DNA of 64,000 nt from Antedon mediterranea (Eukaryota > Animalia > Echinodermata): the NCBI RefSeq assembly GCF_964355755.1, contig NC_092670.1, positions 13,688,795 through 13,752,794 of the forward strand, given 5' to 3'. How positions within the stretch are numbered: position 1 is the stretch's first letter; every line of letters starts with the position of its first letter. The notes under the pieces were generated by a model, which had not been told where the DNA came from, did not search any database, and worked only from the letters and a program-made list of their open reading frames with translations. This document shows, piece by piece, positions 12,136 through 24,218 of this stretch. Position numbers and translations under genes: made by a program.

Positions 12136-12277
12136 CAAGTGATGCGGCATGAGTAAGTAACGTTTGATAATGACGACAGTTACAATGTATTGTATAAGCT
12201 GTCATTGAAATGGTGACAATGCATAAACAATGCACAAACATTGAACGAATGATACAGTGACAAATGACAAATTGTAA

Positions 12278-12376
12278 GGGTGTCTAGAAAACTCAGATCT
12301 CAGATATATCTAAGTTTTCTAGATCTAGAAAAACTCAGATATCTGAGTTTTCTAGATCTGAGTTTTCTAGACACCC
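12278..12376. mobile_element. 99-bp foldback MITE with 9-bp TSD (Mutator-like)
   Basis: gggtgtctagaaaactcagatct...agatctgagttttctagacaccc; aaattgtaa duplicated at 12269-12277 and 12377-12385. Confidence 0.85.
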
Positions 12377-13840
12377 AAATTGTAAAACTAAAAACATGTT
12401 CAATATTAGGTATATCACCAGCTTTCCACAAATAACTTGTTGTCAATATACAAATATTTTGTTTTATTTCCTTCTCACAGCATTGCAGATACAACACTAA
12501 AACGGGGAAGGTCCGGGAAAATCCATCGTTCTTTAGTTAAGAAGTTGAAATAGAGTACACATACAGTGACTTACTGGTACTACACCAATGAGATACCTAC
12601 CCCAAATATTCCAATAATGTTTTCGGCATACTACTTTGTATATTTTCTTCATTTTTTTTTAGCTTCCAACCGAAAAACAAGCATGACAGCACAAGTATCT
12701 GTTCTGCCGCCCTCACATGGTATTATCGTCTTACCAAATAAGGCTGAATGAAACACTGAGTGACATTTAACATAATAATGAAACAGCAATATCTTTTCTA
12801 AAACAAAATTATAGATACTTTGTAAATTTAGTAAATTAGATTGTTTGTTACGTGACGTTTGCGGTTATAAATGCCCTGAATAAAATAATTTTCTGAAGTA
12901 GGCCTATAAGTAAAGTAAAGCATTTTTCTGGTTAGGATCATTATGTTTTTGTGATTGTCAAAATGGCATATTGGCTGACAGTGTGTGAAAACAATTATAC
13001 AGGTCTTGTTGGACTTTTCGAAACAAACACATTAGAAATAGTTATGATTGTTTGCCGTGTAAATGCATTGTAACCCAGAATTGTTAGTGTCATTATGAAT
13101 GACCATTGTTTAAATAATAGGTTAGGCATATAGATATTTTAAAATAAAATGTGGACAATTATGCTATCTGTTTTACAGGAAAATATGCCTACTGTGTATC
13201 GATTGTGTGTTTGGTTGATAGGCCTAATTAGAGAAGAAAGTACCTTATGTATTAAATCGAAAAAGCTCACACATTGTACGAATTATTATACAATGTTTCT
13301 GAGTTGATATTTCAAGTTAATCTTTCAAAGACTGACTTATTTTAAAGTAGGCCTAAATAAGTAAATAAAGTAAATGGATCCGCGGTGTGATCCATCTTTA
13401 ATCGAATGTCGAAGGCAAGGCCATTCGAAAACTGCGTTCTTTTTTGCACATGAGTAGTAGTAGAAAATGAGAATGAAGAATCGACAATAGGATTGAGTTT
13501 TGATCGCGCATTATACTTGTGTTTAAAGATGTGACCATTGAAATCGAAGAAAATAACAAATAATTGAAAAATAACAACCATTATTATTATTTAGTTAGAA
13601 ATAGAAATTAACAGAAATATTAAATATTTTATTTGAATATTGACGACAATCTATGAAAATATATTGTTTATAATAAAATGTATTACACTAAATAACTACA
13701 ATTATATTGTATCGTTTCAGTCATTTTTCTTTTGATTGATAAGCATTGATATAATAATTATATATAATGTATATAAAGAATTAGCATTTTTCTGGTTAGA
13801 CATGGTCAAGTAATATAGGATCTTCATGGTTATACCATTG

Positions 13841-16341
13841 TCATGTTTCGGCGTCCTGGATAGGTGCACCAGGTAATGTGAACACAATTGGCCTCGCTGG
13901 ACACGTATTCTGTCGTCTGATCCTTGTCCCACTCAAGTCTTCTGTATCGAATCTCTGTGAATTTGTTGTTTCGCTTGGAGACATTGATATAATTATATCC
14001 CTTCTAACCTCTTGTAAAACGTCCCAGTAAGAGGGCGGGGGTGAGTTTGGTGGACGAAATGCATCTTTGAATATAAAGGAAAAATACAATATAATAATAG
14101 GCCTATATCAATAATTAAGTATATTCATATCAATAAATACAATGAATACAAAATCATGTTTGAATATTAGATATTAATCTGATTAAGTGACTATGTCAAT
14201 AACGTCTTAAAAGAAGACAATTATACAAAAATGTATACAAATAATAAACTCAATACAGCTGGTATACCGTCGATGCAAATTTAAAAATCCTTCGACACAT
14301 AATTATTGGTTTGATGCATAAAGTTACAGCGCATTCAAAACCTGATCACGTTCGGTCACGTTTTCGTTTAATAGAAACGATAATTAAACTATAATGAAAA
14401 GTAGAAGCTGATCTAGGCCTACCCGAACCACCTGGGTCAAGCGGTGGTGGAAATCGTCGATTCTCGTGCATTCTGTTTGGTATGTTGACAGACAGCACAC
14501 GTCCTGAACGTTTTTCTGCATGGAACCGGTAGGCTGATACGCATACAATGATCAACATTAGGCCGAGAAACGTAAACACAACCCTATTATAAGTGTGTAA
14601 GTAAATTTGTTTATTATTGTATTTGAATAAATATTTCTGAGGTTTCTTTCTTTCTGGTTATACTAGACAGAATGATGTTCAATCTTTTAAGAGTAATGTG
14701 TAATAATATACCGTAAATCTTCTAATAAAACCCACACTCTAATAGTAACACCCCCCCCCCCCCCCACTTCTAATAGTATCACCTTATAAGTCAATCTATA
14801 ATAATAACCCACTACGCTGATAGTAGCCCTCCTTCTAATAGTAACCTACCTTATAAGTCAATCTATAATAATAACCCACTACGCTGATAGTAATCCATAG
14901 GGGTTAATATATTAGAGTCATAAAAACTATTGACACAAAATGACACTAAAATCAACATTTTTGTTTATTTCATATTTTTCTTTTCATTGTGAAGACTGGT
15001 CGTTTTTTATGCAGTCGTATTTTGAAAATAAGGAGATAATGCATGTTGATCTCGGTAGTGGGGAGGATTGAGTGTTTTTGAGTTAATTTATAAATAAAGT
15101 TAGAGTCCAACCAAATTTGTTTATTCGTACTGTTTTATTATTTTGCTATGAGTTGCTGACCGGAAAAGGGGTGGGTTACTCTTTACAGGTGCTTAATTTA
15201 AGATAAGTAATAGTAACCCACTACTCTAATAGTAACCCACCCTAAAAAGCAATCAAAGAATAATAACCCAGGGTTGCAATTAGAAGATTTACGGTAATGA
15301 GGGCCTCCTATAATTTGCTCCAAAAGCGGATCCAAGATTTTTCGGAAAAACGGATAAGCGCTAACAGTCATCCAACGTAGAAATAAACGTTGTTCATAAT
15401 TTAATTTTACCTTTGGGTGTTGATGGGGGGGGGGGGGGGGGTGAGTGCGTACCCTGGATCCGCCCTGGGCTCGACAGCATACACTTACGCGTACTGTGTA
15501 TTGTGTTTAGTTTGGGCGTGTTAGTGATTAGGAATTAAAAATGAAACTTACCAGAAATACCACTGATTTGATGCATTATTATTCGAGCAACAGGATTCAT
15601 CACCTTCTTCACATCTTAAATAATAATAGAAATAATAATATAATTGTTTTATATTGTAATGAAACAACATGAAAACAGTCCACACTCACAATCGTATATG
15701 TATAAACACAATTTGTAGATCCAAAGAAATTCGATTACTGCGCAGATTGTAAAAGAAAAAATTCAAACGAGCAAAAACTTACCCCTCGCATTTTGCTTTC
15801 ACTTCAACAATTATCTAATAATATGGAATAAAAGATGGTATAAGTCTGGATTAGATAATTTCAGCCTAATTTATTTCCATTTTTATTATTCATCATTGCT
15901 CATTTGTTTTTAGAATAAAATTAATAGGCCTAGTAGGCCACTCAATTTATCGAAGAAATGCTAAAATAAAATAAAATCATTTCACAATTCGGTACTTTAT
16001 CAATGTACCCGAAACTGTGAATAAAAATATAACCTTTATATTTAGTTGGGCCTATAATCACTGTAATTCAGGCCTGTACTCAACTTTCCACCCGATTCTC
16101 ACCCTTAAATAAAAACGTGTTAGGCCTACAATCCATTCCAAATAATAGGCCTAGATACCAGTCCTTGCGTCAGTGTATTTTAATTAAAAGCATTTTGATC
16201 GACCGATTTACTGTCTAGACGATTTAATCCAAATATACAATGAAAACATTATGTTTAACATTTTACAAAACATACCTCAATAAACGATGCTACGAAGTAA
16301 AACGCTATAAAATGCAAGAAAGTGGTCCTAATTAGGACCAT
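13841..16341 (-). CDS. VOPP1/WBP1-like type I membrane protein, gene A (5 exons, 181 aa)
   Basis: Exons 16341-16276, 15814-15783, 15614-15552, 14583-14423, 14064-13841; all GT-AG, phases 0-2-2-1, no stops. MVLIRTTFLHFIAFYFVASFIEIIVEVKAKCEGCEEGDESCCSNNNASNQWYFWVVFTFLGLMLIIVCVSAYRF...PPNSPPPSYWDV...DAET*: signal peptide, CC, WYFW, TM, PPxY. Confidence 0.88.
14711..15294. mobile_element. Tc1/mariner (pogo/Tigger-like) non-autonomous element in gene A intron
   Basis: TA|ccgtaaatcttctaat...attagaagatttacgg|TA; internal repeats of taatagtaaccc including a 2 x ~66-bp duplication. Confidence 0.8.
15323..15467. mobile_element. Short GCGGATCC-ended element remnant
   Basis: gcggatccaag...cctggatccgccctg inverted ends with internal G-run. 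Confidence 0.45.
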
Positions 16342-16840
16342 ACCTGTCAGCCAAAACATACGTCGAAAATAAGGCTTGATACAAGTAATTTGTTGAATTT
16401 AATATCCAAGTTAGCAAACCAACAAGTCAATAAAGACTTCATCCGATAGCCGATCCATAGTGAGTGAGTGTCAGCAATTATCGGTATTGTATTGGAAATA
16501 CATCGTGCAGGGCATGTTAGGATATTATGCATTCATAACACACGGCACCTGATCAATGTAAACTAAGCGTCTACAGACTCGTATGCTTATAATGAAATAC
16601 AAACAGTTGGTCCGTTGCCTTTGAGAACAATATTGAGCGTGCTGTTATTATTATTTAAATCGAGACATGAATATCAAAATAAATTATAATGTAATAAGAA
16701 TTATATGAATACATGCAGACAAATGAAATGACTTTTGGATACTCTGGAGTAAGAGTGACGTGTATTAAAAGTACATTAATATAATTATCCTATTATATCA
16801 ATGGTAAATAATTTATACCAATAAACCTTACTTTTGATAA

Positions 16841-17004
16841 AGCTCTGTCTACACTATCAAACTTGATGTGACAAAAAAAATGTGATGTACCCATATAATG
16901 GACGTGATGATATCATATCACTACCACATTTGGGCATTCACTACCATATTTGGGCACATCACACTTTTTTTGTCAAACTATAGTTTAGTAGTGTAGACAG
17001 AGCT
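16841..17004. mobile_element. Harbinger-like MITE, family B (TIR AGCTCTGTCTACACT)
   Basis: TAA|agctctgtctacact...agtgtagacagagct|TAA; copies at 55815 and 57868. Confidence 0.85.
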
Positions 17005-18070
17005 TAAAACAAGTAAGATTACTTTTATTTGCGACGCGCGATGACAGACATTAATATGTGCGGCCGAAAATCAATCAATGCACCGATTTTGACTATACTC
17101 TGCTGCTTCACCGGCAAACCGACGACTTTTTGCATGGCCTCTATCTAACGTTCGATTTAAGACAATAATAGGCGGCGTATAAATATATCAACTCATGAAC
17201 GTATTCTCTCATATCAAACATACTTGGTAGGCCTATTTGTATAACATTTTGCGCTGTCATCAATCCATTATCAGATGTATTTTGTAATGTATTTTTCTAT
17301 GCTGCAGCTTATTGCGCGGCGAGACACATAGACGGGTATCCGAGCATTTTTTACCGAAAATTAATCCGGAAACAAGGCTTCTGAAATCTGGCCTAATAAT
17401 ATTAAAATAAATATAAACTAGAATTTAATTCGTCACTTTGACGAATTATAGGTGATCATTTTTATCATATTAATACTGATAATACATTCTATAATTATTT
17501 TATTTAATAATAATTAATATTTTAATTCATTCGTCAGTGAAACGTAACATGACTTCGATTATTGTCATTTGCATATAAAATATACATAGAAGTTATGTTA
17601 AATCGTATTGCGTTGGGATAATAAAGGAATTAAACGTATACAGTGACGTCACAAGTTGGAAGACATCAAGCCAACAGAAGGTAATAAAACATGCAAATGT
17701 CTTAATGCTATAATTATGTGTAATATAATACATTCGTTATAATTACACAATAATGTGATGATTAAATAAATAAGTAGTTCAATAATGCGACCCTTGCGCT
17801 AGTTTTCAATGTTACACGTTCTATTGTAATCTCTTCAAATGTTTACGACTGTTACCATGGTATAATTCAATAGGCTATTGTTTGATCAAATCTTAACACT
17901 GTATTAACACTTGCAAACCACATCTATCGCCATTTTTGTTGATATAAATTCGTACATTAATCAAACGTCGTTCGAGGTACATAACCGGTACATTTTCTGG
18001 TTCCAATATAATATTTGATGGTTATCAATGATTATATTTCGTCGTTAGAAATCGCGTTAAAGTTTTAGTC

Positions 18071-20675
18071 ATGTCACCGTGTATGTCGAGCTTTTTGTTG
18101 AAACTTGTTGAAATTGTCAGTTTAATCAAAGTAAGTAACGTATTCATTAGCTATTCAGCCGCGCCATTATACATCTTCAATGAAGATATTATGTTGGCAA
18201 ATTGTTCATTTATATTGTTATTATTATATTGTTTATATATTTAAATAATAACCACTGTCTGGTGATTAATTAGCAAAAAATAAAAACTAAAATATTTACA
18301 CTATCTATTCTCGTGATAGCTCTTCGTCTTCATAGGTGTTTCGTCGACATTTCACGTGACGTACTTAGGACCTATATGTGTCGAGTCCTCATACCCACAG
18401 GGCCAAAATGGTTATACACTCCTCTTTGCTCTTTCAATGTTTTAAGGGGGTAGGATCATAGTGCTTCATCGTCCACTGGACATGTTCTGTGCTCTGATAA
18501 GGAACACTATTCTAATATTATTGTATTGAGTGTAATCACGTAGTATGCATTTCTTTTTCTTCAGGGAGCCACTGCATTGAGGTCCTGTAAATATTCCTCT
18601 TATTCGCAATATTATTGTATTAAGTGCAATCACGTAGTATGTATTTCTTTTTCTTTAGGGAGCCACTGCATTGAGGTCCTGTAAATATTCCTCTTATTCG
18701 CAATATTATTGTATTGAGTGTAATCACGTAGTATGCATTTCTTTTTCTTCAGGGAGCCACTGCATTGAGGTCCTGTAAATATTCCTCTTATTCGCAATAT
18801 TATTGTATTGAGTGTAATCACGTAGTATGTATTTCTTTTTCTTCAGGGAGCCACTGCATTGAGGTCCTGTAAATATTCCTCTTATTCGCAATATTATTGT
18901 ATTGAGTGCAATCACGTAGTATGTATTTCTTTTTCTTTAGGGAGCCACTGCATTGAGGTCCTGTAAATATTCCTTTTATTCGCAATATTATTATTATACG
19001 TAAGTTAATTAAGTTCAAGGTTTAAAATACTACTGTATTCCTATAGGCCTAGGCCTATAAAATTATATATACCTTTGAATTGTAAATTTTACATTTTAAA
19101 TAACCTATTGTGACACAGAACGAGGGACGTGAACCAAACCTCCCTTTAACAAAAGCTTAGATGATCATTTTTGTTAAAATAGGATTTCATGTAAATTAAA
19201 AAGGTATAGAACGAACAAACGATGTATGATACCTAGAAAATACTCTTTTCATTACAAATCTTAACGATTACAACGATCATTGTAACCATTCTATCTTAAT
19301 TAGGAAACGGTTTCATCCCTTTAAATGTTAAATTTGATACGAGTAGTGTGATTAGATTTTTATCGCATTCATTCTATTATCTGCCTGTTGACTAATTGCT
19401 TTTATTAACCATTATATATCTTATTTATCAATAGATGTTTTGATAATCAATACTGCTGCCATTATGATTCATGTTGCACCCATGGTTACAGCCTTTGGTA
19501 TGTTTGGTAAGTTTGTTTTAATTTATTTTTAAAGAGCTTTCGTGTATTTTTTTTTTGGGACGGCCTAAAGTCTAGTGTAGGCTTATTATACACACCTATG
19601 TTATATAAACCGTAAGGTTTTATTGGGTCATCCTGAACTGTTGTTGTTTACTTTTAAGTGTTTATTACAACCGTCCATTATTGTATTGTTATTTATGTGC
19701 TCGAATAAAATTGAATTGAATATATTGTACAATAATAATATGCCATTATTGAATAAATAAATGTTTTTTGAACTTGAACTAGACTGAAACGGCATCCAAT
19801 ACATTTGTTTATGGGACGCCAATACCGCCAAAGCTATAATATGCAAAATGTATTTACCATTGTTGTTTATTGTTCACACTACTGCATTCGCAAATTTAAT
19901 TTAGCTATACCAATTTCTGTCATGTCGTAGGTCGAACCCATTTGATCGATTCGTGGATTATTTTATTAAAAATATATCGCATTTTTTGTTTTAGTCTGCG
20001 TTTTTAACGAAAATATCGAAATAACAGTTTCAGGGATCGATTACGGCTTTGGCAATGACGTAATGTATAATTTACATAAAAACTACTGGTCGTCGCAGTT
20101 CCCTGTTATCACCCCGTCTATTTTTAATTGTTTTTTAAAATTATTATTTCACATGCACAAACAAGGTTATCGATTAAATGCAAAACTATATAATGTTAAT
20201 TGTGTTGCAGGTTTCTAGTGTCAATATTTATTGTAATAATCGCCAGTATTGCATTGGCCTATAAAAAGAAGAAACTTGCTCAAAGGAGGCGGGTAAACGT
20301 TGTGACGCAACAAGTTCAAAGGTCACATACCATGGCTTTGAGTAAGTATCGTTAGTAAAATATATTAGCAGTGAATATGATTACGGTAAAAAAATTAAAC
20401 AATAATCCCGACGATGATAATGAATGCTGATGATAATGAACAGATCCAACTTCACTCTCATTTGTATATTTTCCTTTACAGGTCTCAATAAGCAAACAAC
20501 CATGACAACAAAGGGAAGTGTTCTACCGCCCCCATACACTCCACCGTCTTACCAAGAAGTCATGAATGACAGAAACTATACACAGACAACTACAGTGAAT
20601 ACAGTATCTTCTGGAATGCCTCTCCAAGTGCACCATCCGATGCCTATCCACAATTCAAACGAGTACAGAATGTGA
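18071..20675 (+). CDS. VOPP1: VOPP1-like type I membrane protein, gene B (5 exons, 171 aa)
   Basis: Exons 18071-18130, 18941-18999, 19435-19506, 20211-20341, 20482-20675; GT-AG, phases 0-2-2-1. MSPCMSSFLLKLVEIVSLIKGATALRSCKYSFYSQYYYYTCFDNQYCCHYDSCCTHGYSLWYVWFLVSIFIVIIASIALAYKKKK...VLPPPYTPPSYQEVM...EYRM*. The C..C..CC..CC..LWY.WFL pattern plus PPxY tail matches VOPP1; orthology itself is not established. Confidence 0.85.
18514..18992. repeat. 5 x 94-bp tandem repeat containing intron-1 acceptor and most of exon 2 of gene B
   Basis: Exon-start positions after AG at 18565, 18659, 18753, 18847, 18941; units differ by a few substitutions. Confidence 0.97.
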
Positions 20676-20944
20676 TCTTCTTGTACCACATCGCATTCTG
20701 TTTAAAATATTGTAAAATATTTATACTGAGCTCCTGAACACCGAAGAAATTCGGAGTAGGCCCTCATTATTGTCAATCTGTTGGGCGCATCCCCTGATCA
20801 GAACGCCAGAAGATGACCCATTACTTGTCTCCAAATATGACTATACTTATATTTAAATTGTTTCGTTAGTACGTCACTAAAAATAAATTTGTGACAACCA
20901 TTGATCGTCTGCTGCGGAAGTTTAAAAAGAGATGAAGAATTAAA

Positions 20945-21210
20945 ATGTCAAATAGCAAATAAAGCAATAACAAAAATGATATAATAAGCATGATTTTCAA
21001 TGAACATGCAATGTTAATATTACGAAAGTTAAATGGTTTGTTAAATTTCAACTGTGTTTTATAAATTATATTTTCTATTTATATTATATTTCACTTGCGT
21101 CAAATAGCAAATACAGCAATAACAGGCCTATGAGCTTTATTGATATTAATGACATAAGCGTGATTATCAATGCACATCCAATGTTATTATTACGAAAGTT
21201 AAATTGTTTG
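20945..21210. repeat. Diverged local duplication downstream of gene B stop (probable 3' UTR)
   Basis: gtcaaatagcaaata.agcaataaca...attacgaaagttaaat.gtttg at about 20947 and 21099. Confidence 0.7.
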
Positions 21211-23400
21211 AAAAATATGTATTTTGTATTTGTATTACATTTCAATTGCGTAAACTGTACATAATTGCATGGTAATGTAATATTTGATCAGGACATCACA
21301 GTTTGTTTCTCTTCAAAAACAACGAACAAAAACATAACTAACTATATTTAACTGTGTACATTCATTCTGAAAAGAAAACATTGTGAATCGGATAGTGTAG
21401 TGTCATTGAAAGTATAACTAAGTTATGTAAAAAATTCTTCGTTTATTAAAGTTATTAGAAATACATACATTAATATTATTTAAGCGGAAAATGTCACTAT
21501 TATTATTTTATATTCATTTATTATGTGATTGATGTGTTGATGGTTGCCGTGGCAATGTCATTGTGGATCTTATTTTAATAAATAAATATTTTAATATAGA
21601 CACTGACTTTTGTTAAATTAAGTGTGATTTTGATTCCCACAGAACTTACACTACACACAAAAAAGTAATTTAAATGTGTTCACAAAAAGCAAAATGGAGT
21701 AAATGAAGTGATGAAACGCTATTATATACAGATTCAAAGACGCAACTCAAATGAGTTGACCATTCATAATCGATAGTTTGGGTGAACCATAGCTTGTGAT
21801 TGGGTCTCTACTGGAAATCAAGCATTAATCTTGGTACTCATTTGGTCGTGGAGTAAGAACTTAAGCGCAACGCAAGTCATTTAACAAAAATCGCAAGCGA
21901 TGAATTATTCAAACTGTCGCTTGTAATTGGACAACTCGCTTGCGTTGCGTCTGCATCCTTCAGTAGAGTATGGCGTCGTGAAAACGAAATGTCATCTATA
22001 TATAAATTTACGTAAGGGCAAAATTCGGTAAATCTCGGTTTATTTCTAGAATTTCTACTCGATGGTATATAAAGTTGGTTCATACTTTCGGTACTGATTT
22101 TAACCATCTGATGTAACCCTGTTTACTAATTAAATTGAGTTAGGTAATTAGTTATTGACGATTAAAACGAATTTAGGTTCAACGATTTGCCCCAAATAGG
22201 GGTGTTTTCCGATCGTGGTATACACTGTCTAATGGATGTCCATCTTGAAAAATACCCGCCACAAAAATACGAGGAGGCTTCGCATTTTCCTATCTCCTCC
22301 TACGATAATTGTTTTTAATAGCTGAAAACTGGTTGAACAGCTAGAGTACAGCATCATAATGTTGAAGACAGGCCGATTTTCTTAAAAAAATACTATTTTG
22401 ATAGATTTAATATACGATTATACAAATGTATTGATTTGCGATGAATGGAACATTCCAATCTCTGTTTCACAAGTGTCTATTCCCTCAGGCGTCGTAAAGG
22501 CAAGTACAGCACTGTATACTCGAAATTCGATCCATTTTTGTTTTCAATCTGTGCTGCAGAGGTTGGATATAATTTTTTTTTAAACGGATAATGAGCTAGC
22601 GTTTTCACTCACCGTATATTATGTACAAATATTTATTATTGCAGTTAAACCACCCACATCATCACCTTTCCCTCACTGGCATGAGTAGCGTTGTAAAACC
22701 AGTAGAGAATAGGCCTACGGTACATCACATGCCCTAAACGCAGAACAACTTTGGTGGGTAGGGTAGGAACCAACTTAAGTATGAATTGGCTCTAAGAAAC
22801 AATTGAAAACCATTAGGCCTACTAATTAAGTTAAGTTAGATAATTTAATATTTATTGACGATTAAATCGAATTTATGATTTTCCCCGAATAGAGGTGGTT
22901 TTCACAAATTGTTTTACATTATATTATAAACATATACACGTCGTAGTGATGTATCGTTACATGTGCTGTACTATTTCAATCGACTAGGACGGTGATAGTT
23001 TCAACAAAGTATTACATCGCAATGTTTTACTGCGTTTAGTGGTATATTATATGTAAAACATGAAAGCAATTAATATTTCGTTACTAAATGGATAAAGAAT
23101 ATATTTTAACATTGTTCCTCTTTGCACCCATCCTCTTCCCCATCCCTCAACCCTAATGTTACATACAAAACACAAATTAAGTTTGTTTAAATTTGACTTA
23201 AACAATTGGTCTTATTTTGTGACAAGTTTCTCTTTCGGAAGTAATAGGGTGCTAATTTTAGTTAAGTACATAAATCACAGTGTCTATTTATTCGTTCCTG
23301 TACACGACATGTATTATTGTCCTGCGGTACGTACATTTGAAATCGCCAGTTTTTTAACGCTGAAATTATTATGTATTCGAGAACCATCTGTGGGCACGAC

Positions 23401-23437
23401 CTAGATGGTACGCGAGCGAAGCGAGCGTACCATCTAG
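23401..23437. repeat. Perfect 13-bp hairpin around gagcgaagcga (Helitron/Helentron-like terminus)
   Basis: ctagatggtacgc-gagcgaagcga-gcgtaccatctag followed by T/A-rich sequence. Confidence 0.55.
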
Positions 23438-23769
23438 TTAATATAAATTCTCTGTTTAAATTGAGCGTCAAAACTATAGCGTGCTCTTTTTTTTTTTTCT
23501 AATGGCGATTAGACTAAACTCTCATAACACTGAATAATCACAATAATAGTCAAAACCAGACATGATTTATATAGAACGTGGGTTTACTTAAGTATTTCAT
23601 AAGTAAATAAATCAAATTACAGTAGTATATAATTATCTAATGTTGGTCTACCTACGTCTTCTGAAATATAGAAGTTTATTTACGTTTTAATCTATTTAAG
23701 AACGTCTGTGACGTCATATTCGTCTATGCATAACAATGGCGTACCTTTTTATAGAATACATTACTCTTT

Positions 23770-24218
23770 TTTCATTTCATTTCATTTCATTTATTTATTT
23801 CACTTTACAAATATATAAACATAAAGTGGAGGAGCCGAAAAGAAAGCAAAGCTTGTGGTGAATAGGCTCCTCAAAACAAAACAAATAAAATATAAATAAT
23901 ATAACACAATTAGAAACTCCAAAAAAACAACAATTAAACTAATATCTTTTCTCTAACACATAAGTTTAACATGTTTAAAACTAAAAAACAAGTAAAAAAT
24001 AGATTATATAAATTATTTAAGAAATATCAAATATATCAATAATAAAAGAATTTACAAAGAACCTTCAACCAATAATAGTTTAAATTGACGTTTAAATAAA
24101 GCACAGTTATGAGATTTTTTTAGAGATAAATGAAGAGAATTCCAGAGTTTAGGTCCAGTATATTCAAGGGTATTCATTTTAAGTCTAGTTCGAGTAAATG
24201 GCAGGTGATACTGATCTT
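23770..24218 (-). mobile_element. 3' end of CR1/L2-group LINE
   Basis: Minus strand DQYHLPFTRTRLKMNTLEYTGPKLWNSLHLSLKKSHNCALFKRQFK...*, T-rich UTR, gaggagcc...ggctcctc stem, (AAATG)n tail. Confidence 0.85.

Larger units (their letters stand above)
11465..12751 (+). pseudogene. VOPP1-like paralog P2 (TM exon split by MITE, decayed last exon)
   Basis: FGFRVLIAFFFIVVAIIGTVVCAKIGMCCLYCNICCN, then MITE, then ...gcatga|gtaagt donor; last exon ASNRKTSMTAQVSVLPPSHG homologous to LNKQTTMTTKGSVLPPPYT. Confidence 0.7.

Noticed and set aside
18514-18992. CRISPR-like array or three minus-strand 63-66 aa ORFs
   Set aside because: No unique spacers, eukaryotic context; ORFs are antisense translations of the 94-bp repeat.
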